This document shows, in pieces, positions 1 through 9,050 of a stretch of DNA of 32,000 nt (positions within the stretch are counted from its first letter, which is position 1; the number at the start of each line of letters is the position of its first letter). This DNA comes from an uncultured archaeon (GTDB lineage Archaea > Asgardarchaeota > Thorarchaeia > Thorarchaeales > Thorarchaeaceae), in the NCBI GenBank assembly GCA_964354495.1, contig CAYHAA010000001.1, positions 120,001 through 152,000 of the forward strand, in the 5' to 3' direction. The position numbers and the translations under genes were made by a program. The notes below the pieces were generated by a model. That model was not told the origin of the DNA. It searched no databases and saw only the letters and a program-made list of their open reading frames with translations.

Positions 1-2
1 TT

Positions 3-227
3 GAGATTAGCAAAGATAAGAGAACAATCAAATTCACTGACGACCTCTGTCCGGTTTGCGAAGGCGTGGCTATCTCAGACATGCCTGGTCTTCAGTACTG
101 CGTGCTTGTGAGCGGAGTGTTCGATGCAGTCATGAAACTGCGAGGGTTCTCAGCCGATAGCTATCAGGAGTCCTGCAAGGCCGTTGGCGATGAAACCTGC
201 ACTTGGACGCTTGTTCTCCGAGACTAG
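3..227 (+). CDS. V4R/TRAPP-fold protein, C-terminal fragment (5'-truncated by window edge)
   Basis: Not in the ORF track. Frame 3 reads EISKDKRTIKFTDDLCPVCEGVAISDMPGLQYCVLVSGVFDAVMKLRGFSADSYQESCKAVGDETCTWTLVLRD* with TAG at 225-227. The C-x2-C...YC...SG...E-x-C...G...C-x-W pattern is typical of V4R domains. Confidence 0.85.
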   Translation, partial: EISKDKRTIKFTDDLCPVCEGVAISDMPGLQYCVLVSGVFDAVMKLRGFSADSYQESCKAVGDETCTWTLVLRD

Positions 228-252
228 TTCGTGACCAGCCATCCGGAATAGG

Positions 253-259
253 TATAAAA
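253..259 (+). promoter_or_regulatory. Probable archaeal TATA box for the 308 gene
   Basis: TATAAAA about 50 nt upstream of ATG 308; GGAGG at 296-300 is a plausible RBS. Confidence 0.5.
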
Positions 260-307
260 CACTTAGCGCGAAAATATCGTGTAGGCACCATCTATGGAGG
301 CTAATGA

Positions 308-826
308 ATGGGTCAAGGTCTAGGCACGATATTCGGGCTCATAGCTGCATTCGCCATTACATTCATCGTTATGACATTCGGAATCTACATGCCTGCGGAT
401 CTGATATCCCCCGTAGTTGTACAGGACTTCCTCAGTAACAGTGACCTTGAAATCAGATTAGCAGTCGTTGGCACAATCCTCTACCCGTCTGCTCTGGGCG
501 GGTCCAGTCTCGGGAGTGTAATCCACTATGGCGCTACTGGTGCATCCGTGCTAATGTTTCTCGCATGGGGCATAGCGGGTCTGATTGCGGGCCTCATGTC
601 AAGGGATTTTCTGCCAGCTATCATGGCTGCCGTGTTTGCAGCTCTCATTGGTGCTCTTTTGACATGGCTACTCATATTCGTGATTTCTCCAGATTTTGAC
701 ATCGCAGCCATTTTCGCACCTGGTTCGCTGCTCTTGATGGAGGTTGCTCTAGAGGGAGCTATCTATCCGTGTATTGCATGCATTATCGGTGCCATTCTTG
801 GCGGTGGCATTACAAGGGATCGTTAA
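308..826 (+). CDS. Uncharacterised ~4-TM membrane protein
   Basis: 172 aa, Gly/Ala-rich hydrophobic helices, upstream GGAGG; its stop overlaps the convergent gene (TTAA at 823-826). Confidence 0.8.
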   Translation: MGQGLGTIFGLIAAFAITFIVMTFGIYMPADLISPVVVQDFLSNSDLEIRLAVVGTILYPSALGGSSLGSVIHYGATGASVLMFLAWGIAGLIAGLMSRDFLPAIMAAVFAALIGALLTWLLIFVISPDFDIAAIFAPGSLLLMEVALEGAIYPCIACIIGAILGGGITRDR

Positions 827-1404
827 CCATCTGATTTCCTGAGAATTGCCCCACACTCAGAACAGATCAGTGGATTTGATTTGAAGACTGCGCCACATTG
901 ACAAACTGTTTCAATCTTCACTGGAATAGGTGGCTCTGCGGTCCCCCGCATCCTCTCAATGGCCGCTGTAATCGGAAGGGCAGTTATCATAACAAAGAGA
1001 GATGCGACCATAGAAATAGCAGACTGGTAGACTATGGCGTAATTCCTCATTGGATTCAGAGCAATATCCCAGAACAGTGGGTCCCTCAAGAGCTGAGATA
1101 TCAACGCAAAGATGGTCAGAAAGACTCCAACCCATAGAGCTGACCTGAGAGTATTCCATCCTTTCCGTGAGAAAGGTGCGATTATTGTCCCGATGATTAC
1201 CCATGATATCAGATATGCAGCGGCTGTTGGGAAATTGAAGAGACCTTGGATGGTAGATTGAAGTGCCCAACTCCCATCGAGGATGAACCATATCATATTG
1301 AATGGCTCTGGGTATGCTGGCTGTGGCGGTAGAAGTCCAGCCAAGCCAACAAATGAGCATGAACCCACGACTATTCCTAAGAGTCCACCCGCTAGGTTTC
1401 TCAT
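823..1404 (-). CDS. Membrane protein (~4 TM) with C-terminal zinc ribbon
   Basis: Start re-called to ATG at 1404 (MRNLAGG...) because AGGAGA lies just upstream. Hydrophobic helices are followed by VCQCGAVFKSNPLICSECG. Confidence 0.8.
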   Translation of the reverse strand: MRNLAGGLLGIVVGSCSFVGLAGLLPPQPAYPEPFNMIWFILDGSWALQSTIQGLFNFPTAAAYLISWVIIGTIIAPFSRKGWNTLRSALWVGVFLTIFALISQLLRDPLFWDIALNPMRNYAIVYQSAISMVASLFVMITALPITAAIERMRGTAEPPIPVKIETVCQCGAVFKSNPLICSECGAILRKSDG

Positions 1405-1579
1405 CGAATCTCCTCTTGACAGTGTCTTCATTCGTGTGGGCGGTTCCCTCTTAACAGTTTTCGATTGATTCTGACTGACAAAACACACAACACAACCACA
1501 ATCCTTTTCAGAATACTCTGAAGAATAGAGGTTGGACGAGCAGTTTTTAGTCAGGCCAGTGTCTGTGAGGTGTAGTGCA

Positions 1580-2566
1580 ATGTCCAAAAATCTGGAGCAA
1601 GCCCTATCCAAATTAAGATTTGACGATCAGGTTCTTGGTTATTCCCTGATGACGAAAATAGGTAGGCCATTTGTGAGCTTTGCATTTCCTGACGAGCTGT
1701 TTCCGCGAGTGAAAGACAGCATCAAGTTGTACAAGGCGGACCTTCGTTTAATGACAATCGATACCGAAAAAGGCCTCGTGGTCCTATCCCCTGTTGACGA
1801 GAACTGGATATTGACAGCACTATACGTTCCTGAACTTCAGCTTGGACTAGCTATCGCCAAGACTAAGAATGTCCTGCGTCTTCTTGAAGGTATTGAACTT
1901 CCGCCGCCCCCAGAAGACTTTGAGGAATCTTCAGAAATGAATATTCAGGTTCTTGAGAGCATTGCTGTCAAGGCTGCTTCTATTGAAACAACTACGCCAC
2001 CTGCTCCTACTCGTGAGGTTTCCGCTCCTGTTGTGCCCATCAAGGTCCCGGAGCAACTAAGCGTCAAGGACTTCAATGTGGGCACGACGACGGTCCCCGG
2101 AAGAGGTCCTGAGTACGCCAATTCTCTGTTACTTGATTCTGCGCTGTACAACGAGATGAAGGTTCTCTATCGCAATTTTGGCTTTGACGTGCTTATGTTG
2201 GTCGATGGAGGCAACTCCGTGGAAACCATTGCAGATTCGATGTTTCAACCGACGGATAGGATAATTGATCTTCTTAAGTGGGGAGCCACAAGAGGCATAA
2301 TTGTCGTACCACGAGTAGATGAGGTTTCGCAGGCTCCTTCAGTGGCAAGCGCGGGTGCTCAGTTAGGAAGGTATGTGAAGTGTCCAAGGTTTGAGGGTGA
2401 CCTCTCGAAAGTTGCTGGCGACGACGTCCAGATTATCAGAATGTGTGATGGAAGACTGACTCCAGAGCAAATATCTGAAAAAACGAACTTGCCCTTCCCA
2501 AAGGTTGTTCAGATTATTGCCAAGTATAGAAAAGCTGGGCTTAAGATGATTGGCAGGACCATCTAA
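1580..2566 (+). CDS. Roadblock/longin/profilin-like N-terminal domain + Pro-rich linker + two winged-helix-like domains
   Basis: Start re-called to ATG 1580 (GAGGTG upstream). The N-terminal ~100 aa show a roadblock-like alpha/beta pattern (VLGYSLMT..G..F; GLVVLSPVDENWILTALY...QLGL). Linker PPPP...TPPAPT. Two DG-x-[ST]-x-E-x-I helix-turn-helix repeats (DGGNSVETIAD; DGRLTPEQISE). Confidence 0.7.
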   Translation: MSKNLEQALSKLRFDDQVLGYSLMTKIGRPFVSFAFPDELFPRVKDSIKLYKADLRLMTIDTEKGLVVLSPVDENWILTALYVPELQLGLAIAKTKNVLRLLEGIELPPPPEDFEESSEMNIQVLESIAVKAASIETTTPPAPTREVSAPVVPIKVPEQLSVKDFNVGTTTVPGRGPEYANSLLLDSALYNEMKVLYRNFGFDVLMLVDGGNSVETIADSMFQPTDRIIDLLKWGATRGIIVVPRVDEVSQAPSVASAGAQLGRYVKCPRFEGDLSKVAGDDVQIIRMCDGRLTPEQISEKTNLPFPKVVQIIAKYRKAGLKMIGRTI

Positions 2567-2590
2567 GAGTGATTGACAGGTGCAATTCAG

Positions 2591-3064
2591 ATGTCAAAAA
2601 CAGAGAATCCCCTTCTACTCAGCCTCTATGCGCACTACGTAGACCGTGTGCTCTCCGAAACATCCAATATCGATGAAGCAAATCAGAAACTTCGTGACTT
2701 GGGTCATGAGATTGGTCAACAGATATATCTCAACACTGAAATCGTTGAGAAGACCAAAGACAGTGTCACGACGCGCGAGGATGTTGCAAAGTTAATCGAG
2801 ATAGTCTACAAGGCCCTATACGACAAACGTCCGAGTGATGTGGATATGAAGAGTGCTCGTGGGTCTGTCCGCATCAGTGATGAAAGATGTGTTTGGTGTC
2901 AAGACGTCAATTTGGAGGGCATGCGTGGCTTTGGGTACTGCGAAGTCTTCAGCGGTATACTTGAGTCGATACTCGAGTTCAAGGGTGTGGATGCCAAGGT
3001 CTTCCAAGAGCAATCACGTGCAACAGGCGCGGAAATGTGCGTCTGGAATGTGCGTCTCGTATAG
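2591..3064 (+). CDS. TRAPP Bet3-like / V4R-fold protein
   Basis: LSLYAHYVDRVLSETSNIDEANQKLRDLGHEIGQQI resembles the Bet3 N-terminal helices (..TYGALV..L.KDYE..EDVNKQL.KMGYNIG.RL). YCEVFSGILESILE resembles Bet3 YSN.LCG.LRGALE. C-terminal V4R-like RATGAEMCVW. Alternative TTG start at 2573. Confidence 0.8.
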   Translation: MSKTENPLLLSLYAHYVDRVLSETSNIDEANQKLRDLGHEIGQQIYLNTEIVEKTKDSVTTREDVAKLIEIVYKALYDKRPSDVDMKSARGSVRISDERCVWCQDVNLEGMRGFGYCEVFSGILESILEFKGVDAKVFQEQSRATGAEMCVWNVRLV

Positions 3065-3125
3065 CCTGCGATAACAAAGCACTTAACGCAGTTCCATAGT
3101 GAATCGTTCATTAGAGGACTCTCAC

Positions 3126-3683
3126 ATGTCAAAAGAGGAAAGAGTGATTCCTTGGTGGCAGGGTCGGCTGAAGGAACGTGATTTGATGTCTGCGTTCTTC
3201 GCCAAGACTTGGAACAAGATTGGCAGTCGCATTGCAGTCATGTTTCCAGATCGTGTACGCGACCTCTACTATTCAGCTGGTCGACTTGCAGGTCTTGAGG
3301 CCCAGCGAGAGTACTTCAAGGTAGGGAAACAGAAACCCCCTGGTGACTTCAAGGGCATAGTTGAGTTCATCAAGATGACTCTGGAAACACTGATTGTTCC
3401 CTTTGGTGATATCAGAATATCCAAGCTGTACAAGCTGTGGCTTGACGAGGAAGCAATCATCGAAGTCGGTGATAATCCCTATGCTTCCGGTTATGAGAGC
3501 GAAGAGCCATCGTGTTACTTCCTGAAGGGCTTCATAGAGGCAGTCTTGGAGTATCTTACTGACTTCAATAGAATTAAGTACGAGAAATTGATTGTCAGTG
3601 AGGACACTTGTATGTCTGCTGGTGCTGAGACATGCACCTTCAAAATCACACTGACGTATCCAGCGCGAGGTGCCACTCAGTAG
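3126..3683 (+). CDS. V4R (vinyl-4-reductase) domain protein
   Basis: Classic V4R C-terminus DNPYA...EPSCYFLKGFIEAV...VSEDTCMSAGAETCTFKI. ATG 3126 is preceded by GAGGA (ORF track starts at GTG 3099). Confidence 0.85.
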   Translation: MSKEERVIPWWQGRLKERDLMSAFFAKTWNKIGSRIAVMFPDRVRDLYYSAGRLAGLEAQREYFKVGKQKPPGDFKGIVEFIKMTLETLIVPFGDIRISKLYKLWLDEEAIIEVGDNPYASGYESEEPSCYFLKGFIEAVLEYLTDFNRIKYEKLIVSEDTCMSAGAETCTFKITLTYPARGATQ

Positions 3684-3751
3684 TGCATCCTTTCAACAAA
3701 CGTACTCTTTAACTACGAAATCATCATAAGCAATCTCGCGGTAGAAAACTC

Positions 3752-4555
3752 ATGAGCAGCCAAGTCACTAAAAAACTCCTCATTGGACTCTCTTTTCTCC
3801 TCATCACAGGGGGTATAGTGGGGTTTGCTCTGTCAGAATCAAGTTATGGTGATGCGGACTCGGTTGCTCCCTTTCTACCAGCTACATGGAACAATGATCA
3901 GGCTGTTTTAGATCTTGGCTTTGCCCTAGCCGTAGTCAGCAGTGGCACTATGAATTTCACTCTTGATTCAATTCTAATGTCTGGCATTGGCACACTTGAC
4001 TTCTGGACTCAGTGGACTCCTCTGTCCGCTGACACAGGGCTATGGGCATTGATCATAGGAACAATATCTCTCGAGCGTACAAGAGATCGGCGAGCTCTAA
4101 GACTCCGAGATAGAATTGTGGAGGAAGTCGCTGCTGACCCGGGTGTACATCTGCGTGAGCTTCATAGGAACATAGGATGCGCAATGGGTGCGCTCCAATA
4201 TCATCTTAAGATCTTGGAAGACGCAGGTGAGGTTGTATCGATAAGGTATGGCAATGTCCGTCATATCTTCCCTCCCGACTTCTCAGCCGAGGATAGAGTC
4301 CTTCTCCTAGCTGCACTCTCGCGAAATCCCACAGTGGGATCGATTATCTCTGAATGCATGAAGAACGGGCAGACAACACAGGCAGAGATCAGCAAGGTTC
4401 TTGATGTTGATAAAAGCTTGATTTCATACTACACGAGCGGTCTCTTGAGAGCTGACATCCTTAGATCAGTCAAGGTCTTTGGTCGCGAAAAGCCAATAAT
4501 ACTCACAGATTGGGCACGCTCCACTCTTATCAGCATGGGCATTCTAGTACAATAA
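3752..4555 (+). CDS. Membrane-anchored winged-helix transcriptional regulator (COG3398-like, two HTH)
   Basis: N-terminal hydrophobic segments, then RDRIVEEVAADPGVHLRELHRNIGCAMGALQYHLKILE and a second HTH TQAEISKVLDVDKSLISYYTSGL. Confidence 0.8.
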   Translation: MSSQVTKKLLIGLSFLLITGGIVGFALSESSYGDADSVAPFLPATWNNDQAVLDLGFALAVVSSGTMNFTLDSILMSGIGTLDFWTQWTPLSADTGLWALIIGTISLERTRDRRALRLRDRIVEEVAADPGVHLRELHRNIGCAMGALQYHLKILEDAGEVVSIRYGNVRHIFPPDFSAEDRVLLLAALSRNPTVGSIISECMKNGQTTQAEISKVLDVDKSLISYYTSGLLRADILRSVKVFGREKPIILTDWARSTLISMGILVQ

Positions 4556-4651
4556 CTGCCCAAACTCTATGCTTATCTTGGAACTAGATGCTGACCAGAT
4601 GTGCTTTCCAGAGCAGAGATGCTGGAAGCCCGATGACCGGGTGAATTGCCA

Positions 4652-5404
4652 ATGGTTGATGATGATTACCTGGATGCTGTCGAATGTACAGAGGCTGACC
4701 TGAGCGAGGATGACTTTCGAAAAGTCAAACATGCTGTGAAGCTTGTTGATGTCACACGAACATACAAGCTCGGAAGAAAGGAAATCGAAGCCCTGAAGAG
4801 AGTGAATCTGGAGGTAGCTCTGGGGGACCTTGTGGTGATTTCAGGGCGATCTGGATCAGGTAAGACAACACTACTGAACATAATCGGAGCCATTGACCTA
4901 GTCACATCTGGTCGCCTGTTTGTAATGGATGTACCGATCAATGATTATGATGAAACATTCAGGTCATCTTTCAGATTGAACAATACTGGATTCATCTTTC
5001 AAAGTTATAACTTAGTATCGACCCTGACCGCAATCGAGAATGTGCTATTTCCAATGCAGCTCTCAGCAAAGAGCTCAGACGAGCTACAAACGGAAGCAAT
5101 GGCCCTTCTGGAACGCGTCGAGATGAGTGATCGAGCAGATCATCTTCCGTGGCAACTGAGTTCAGGTGAACAACAGAGAGTGGCAATTGCCCGTGCAATG
5201 GCAAATGACCCTCCCATAATTCTTGCTGATGAACCAACTGCGAATTTGGATGGAGAGAGTGGTCAGATGATAAGGGACCTTCTTCTGGAATTGAACAGAG
5301 AAGGGAAAGCAGTCATCGTAATGACACATGACGAGCGGATCATCAACCAATCTGGTGTCCGTCGGTTCAAGATGGAATCTGGAGAGTTGCACGACAATGT
5401 CTGA
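4652..5404 (+). CDS. ABC transporter ATP-binding protein, LolD/MacB/FtsE family
   Basis: Walker A GRSGSGKT, signature [14 protein letters not shown], Walker [13 protein letters not shown]-loop VMTHD. Confidence 0.95.
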   Translation: MVDDDYLDAVECTEADLSEDDFRKVKHAVKLVDVTRTYKLGRKEIEALKRVNLEVALGDLVVISGRSGSGKTTLLNIIGAIDLVTSGRLFVMDVPINDYDETFRSSFRLNNTGFIFQSYNLVSTLTAIENVLFPMQLSAKSSDELQTEAMALLERVEMSDRADHLPWQLSSGEQQRVAIARAMANDPPIILADEPTANLDGESGQMIRDLLLELNREGKAVIVMTHDERIINQSGVRRFKMESGELHDNV

Positions 5405-7250
5405 GTTTCAAGGATTTGCATCAAAGGATCTCAAACGCCGTCCATTCCGAAGTGTGCTTGTTCTCATATCCCTCAGTAGTGTCGTGACGTCTACGACATT
5501 CATCTTCCTCTTTGGCAATGTCCTTCTCGACGTGAATTCCTTTGCATTAGCTAGAGCCCTATCGTCATCAATGGGGATGCTTTTCTCCACATTCATCTGG
5601 TCAATTCTTCTGCTTGTCTTTGTACTAGGTGCTGTCGTTATTTCAACAACTGTATCTCTTGAAATGGTGACCCGCCGTCGCGATATTGGCCTCATGAAAG
5701 CAATGGGAACACTCACAGATTCAATCTTTGATTTCTTCATGGCTCAATCAGTAATAGTGCTTCTTGCGAGTGTTGTTCTTGGCCTAGCTTTTGGCACCCT
5801 GTTATATTTGGCAGGTATGATCTGGCTTGCAGGAGTCATGCCTGGACTTCAATTCACCCAGGAATTTCCCTGGCTTCAACTTACGTTTCTTGCTGCCTTC
5901 TATGTCATTGCAGGATACTTCTCTTCTCAGAAACCAATCTACGACACTGTTCAGGAATCACCTTCAGTCGCGCTCAACCCCGACGTGGGAGCGCGCGTCA
6001 GAAAATCTGGACTCCTAGATGGATTTGGTCTTAGCTTCCGCATTGCATCAAAAGGTATAGGTCGTCGAATCAAAGGAACAAGGAGGATCATTCTCTCCCT
6101 CTTTCTGAGTTTCACAATTGCATCCTTGTTGTGGATTGGAGGAGGCGTCGTTGAAACCACATCTCAATCCTACATGATGCGCTCTATGGGAATAAATATC
6201 GTGGCAGTAGGCAGTCCTGACATGCTGAACCAGTACTATGAAGCGTATTCATTTGATGGTTCCGCCCTCAACAGCTCATTCAACTTCCTTGCTCCAACTG
6301 ATATGATCAATGCCTCACTAGTGACTGAGCTTCAAGGAGAACTGGCAGTTTCGGCATTGGAACAGCGGCTGATTATCTTTGACGATGTACAGGAACACCC
6401 GGGGACAGTATGGAATGAGGAGCTACAGCAGTATGAGAGAATTGGCCAAGAGCGACAAGGTTCAGCGCTACTTGTCGGTGTTGATTGGACATCAACTCTC
6501 TCAGACTGGTACTATGAAGGCTCCAGAGTCAATAGCTCACAGCAAGTGTGGCTTGGAGGAACCCTTGCAAATGTACTATTCGATGATCCTTTTGTCCAGT
6601 CACTGCTGATTACTGGTAGACCACTAGAGGTCCGTGCTCAGGCCTTTGACACAATCAATGGAGGAATGATGGCAATCCTGAGCCTGACGAAGCTTCAGGA
6701 GTATTACAGCGTGACAGGCTGTAATCTTCTCCTTGTGCAGGTTGATTCGTATGATGATGCAGTTCTCAATCGAATCGAAGACCTTGCTCAGAACTATGGA
6801 CTTAGCATCTATAGACAACAGGAGGTACTCGAAGAGAACCTACAGGCCATACACGCAATATGGATTCTCCTGAATCCTCTTGCCCTCATGGCTCTGGTGA
6901 GCGCCTTTCTTGCTCTCATGAACTACATGCTCGTGTCGATATTCGGTCGATTGAGGGACTACATTATCATGCAGTCTATCGGTGCAAAGCCCTCTTTCAT
7001 CGCGAAAATAATGATAGCGGAGGGCTTGGATGTAGGAGTGCGTGCTGGCATTCCAGCACTGATTGTTGGGACCTTTCTAAGTGTCTACTCACTCATCCCC
7101 GAAGCAGCGGTGCCAACTCTGTCATACCTCCCACTCTCGATGTTGACATTGTTCGCAGCAATCATAGCTGTCATTCTTCTATCCTCGATTCCTGTCTACA
7201 TCTTCTTTATGACCAGAAATAATGTCACGGTATCAGAATTCTCATCTTGA
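5397..7250 (+). CDS. ABC transporter permease, FtsX/MacB family (two FtsX-type TM domains)
   Basis: Start re-called to ATG 5397, overlapping the ATPase stop. Coupling motifs RRRDIGLMKAMG and RLRDYIIMQSIGA; large extracytoplasmic domain between them. Confidence 0.9.
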   Translation: MSEFQGFASKDLKRRPFRSVLVLISLSSVVTSTTFIFLFGNVLLDVNSFALARALSSSMGMLFSTFIWSILLLVFVLGAVVISTTVSLEMVTRRRDIGLMKAMGTLTDSIFDFFMAQSVIVLLASVVLGLAFGTLLYLAGMIWLAGVMPGLQFTQEFPWLQLTFLAAFYVIAGYFSSQKPIYDTVQESPSVALNPDVGARVRKSGLLDGFGLSFRIASKGIGRRIKGTRRIILSLFLSFTIASLLWIGGGVVETTSQSYMMRSMGINIVAVGSPDMLNQYYEAYSFDGSALNSSFNFLAPTDMINASLVTELQGELAVSALEQRLIIFDDVQEHPGTVWNEELQQYERIGQERQGSALLVGVDWTSTLSDWYYEGSRVNSSQQVWLGGTLANVLFDDPFVQSLLITGRPLEVRAQAFDTINGGMMAILSLTKLQEYYSVTGCNLLLVQVDSYDDAVLNRIEDLAQNYGLSIYRQQEVLEENLQAIHAIWILLNPLALMALVSAFLALMNYMLVSIFGRLRDYIIMQSIGAKPSFIAKIMIAEGLDVGVRAGIPALIVGTFLSVYSLIPEAAVPTLSYLPLSMLTLFAAIIAVILLSSIPVYIFFMTRNNVTVSEFSS

Positions 7251-7298
7251 GTAACATTCTTTAGACATTAGCTGGGGGGAACATCCGAGGACTCATTG

Positions 7299-8969
7299 AT
7301 GTCATTACAAGAACTGCAAGAAGAGGAATTCTCAATACACTGGATTCGAGATGTTGTGAATAAAGTCTTGGAACGTGATGTTGACACTTACCTCATCTCA
7401 TCTGGCAAGAGCCCGAGTGGCAGCATCCATATTGGTTTTGTCCGTGAATTGATAATATGTGATGTCATTAAACGCGAACTGAAACGGATGGGAAAGAATG
7501 CCAAAACTGTCTTTGTTGTCGATGACTTTGATCCTTTGCGCTCTTTGCCTCCCTCTGCGGGTATTCCTCTTGAGACCTGGATTGGCCTTCCATACTCTGA
7601 CATCCCTGATGAGTTTGGATGCTGTGACAGCTTCGGAGATCACTGGGCAAACGAGCTTATCGAAACATTTCCTTCCTTCGGAGTCGACCCCGACATCGTA
7701 TGGACTCACAAGTTGTACGAAACTCCTGAGATGATTGACGTTGTCAGAACCTGCCTTCGAGAGACCAAAACAATACGTAAGATAATGGTCGAATTCGTTG
7801 CAAGCGACTTCGAGGAGGAACAGTCAGAGGAATACACGACCTCAATGAAAGATTGGTATCCCGCATCAGTTGTCTGCCCTGAATGTGGAAGATTGCAGTC
7901 CGGTGTAAAAGGCCAGATCTCGCCAAACCGTATCACTAGCTACAATCCGAAAAAGGATACTGTGACTTTTGAATGCAAATCCTGCGGCACCTCAGGAGAG
8001 TTTCCACTGACTGAAGTTCGTGTCAAACTCGTCTGGCGTGTTGACTGGCCGGCGAAATGGTACGTTCTGGGAGTGACATGCGAGCCTGCAGGCAAAGACC
8101 ATGCAGTAAAGGGTGGTTCATACGATACTGGGGTTGAGGTCTCTCGACGAGTCTTCAAATGGCCTGGTCCCGTGAAGGTTGCTTATGAGTGGGTTCGTAT
8201 TGGGGGCAGGGACATGAGCACCTCTCAAGGGATTGTCTTCACGCCGCGTTCTTGGTTGGAAATCGCTCCGCCTGAACTGTACCGGTATCTGATGCTAAAG
8301 ACAGATCTCTCTCGTGCCATAAACATCCAACCCGATAGGATTCCTGAACTCATTGATGAGTATGAACGGTTTGAGAGGGTCTACTATGGCATTGAAGATG
8401 CTACTGCAGAAAAGAGGGAGCTAGCCAGACTTCTCTATCCTCTCTGTGTCACCGGACCCCTGCACGAGCAGTACATTCCGAAACTCTCATTCAGATTCGC
8501 AGTAATGACCTCCCAGATGGTCGACCTACTTGGTATCTCGGCAGTCATGAGTAGATGCGAACAGGTCTTGAAAAAACAATACGGACTTGAGGTCGTTCCT
8601 CCAGAGGCGAAAGCGCTGATTCAAACCCGTCTGAACATGGCTAAGAATTGGGCTCTAGAGTTTGGTTCGGAGAGTGACCGAATAGAGGTCACCGAGAAGG
8701 TTCCCAAAGAGGTCACCGAGAGCTTGACAGCAGATGATAAGAAATTCCTGTCAGCGATGCTTTCAGTCCTTGAGGGTGATGAGCTCGATGATGAGACCTT
8801 ACAGAGTCAAGTCTTTGAACAGGCTAGAAATGTTGGCCTTAAGGAGAAACGTGCATTTGTAGTGATGTACAGAGTCCTTATCGCACGGAAATTCGGCCCA
8901 CGACTAGGTTCATTTCTGAACCTTCTTGGGTATGATTGGGTAGCAAAAAGGATTCGAAGCATTCTCTGA
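7299..8969 (+). CDS. lysS: Lysyl-tRNA synthetase, class I
   Basis: SGKSPSGSIHIG (HIGH), DDFDPLR, Zn motifs CPECG/CKSCG, WRVDWPAKW, EPAGKDH, KMSKS-like DMSTSQG, C-terminal GPRLGSF. Confidence 0.97.
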   Translation: MSLQELQEEEFSIHWIRDVVNKVLERDVDTYLISSGKSPSGSIHIGFVRELIICDVIKRELKRMGKNAKTVFVVDDFDPLRSLPPSAGIPLETWIGLPYSDIPDEFGCCDSFGDHWANELIETFPSFGVDPDIVWTHKLYETPEMIDVVRTCLRETKTIRKIMVEFVASDFEEEQSEEYTTSMKDWYPASVVCPECGRLQSGVKGQISPNRITSYNPKKDTVTFECKSCGTSGEFPLTEVRVKLVWRVDWPAKWYVLGVTCEPAGKDHAVKGGSYDTGVEVSRRVFKWPGPVKVAYEWVRIGGRDMSTSQGIVFTPRSWLEIAPPELYRYLMLKTDLSRAINIQPDRIPELIDEYERFERVYYGIEDATAEKRELARLLYPLCVTGPLHEQYIPKLSFRFAVMTSQMVDLLGISAVMSRCEQVLKKQYGLEVVPPEAKALIQTRLNMAKNWALEFGSESDRIEVTEKVPKEVTESLTADDKKFLSAMLSVLEGDELDDETLQSQVFEQARNVGLKEKRAFVVMYRVLIARKFGPRLGSFLNLLGYDWVAKRIRSIL

Positions 8970-9050
8970 TAGGTCAGCATTCCAAGAATCGTTCCGCAAC
9001 ACGTTTATTAGCACAGCAAATTGCAGCGGGCTCTGACCAGAGTTCTGGAA

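Noticed and set aside
1507-1522. Inverted repeat TTCAGA-atac-TCTGAA in the divergent promoter
   Set aside because: Only 6 bp per arm and no second copy; expected by chance.
1405-1611. Cys-rich N-terminal extension of ORF 823..1611 (CGCVVC)
   Set aside because: It spans the divergent promoter region and overlaps the 1580 gene. A strong RBS precedes ATG 1404, so the extension is probably not translated.
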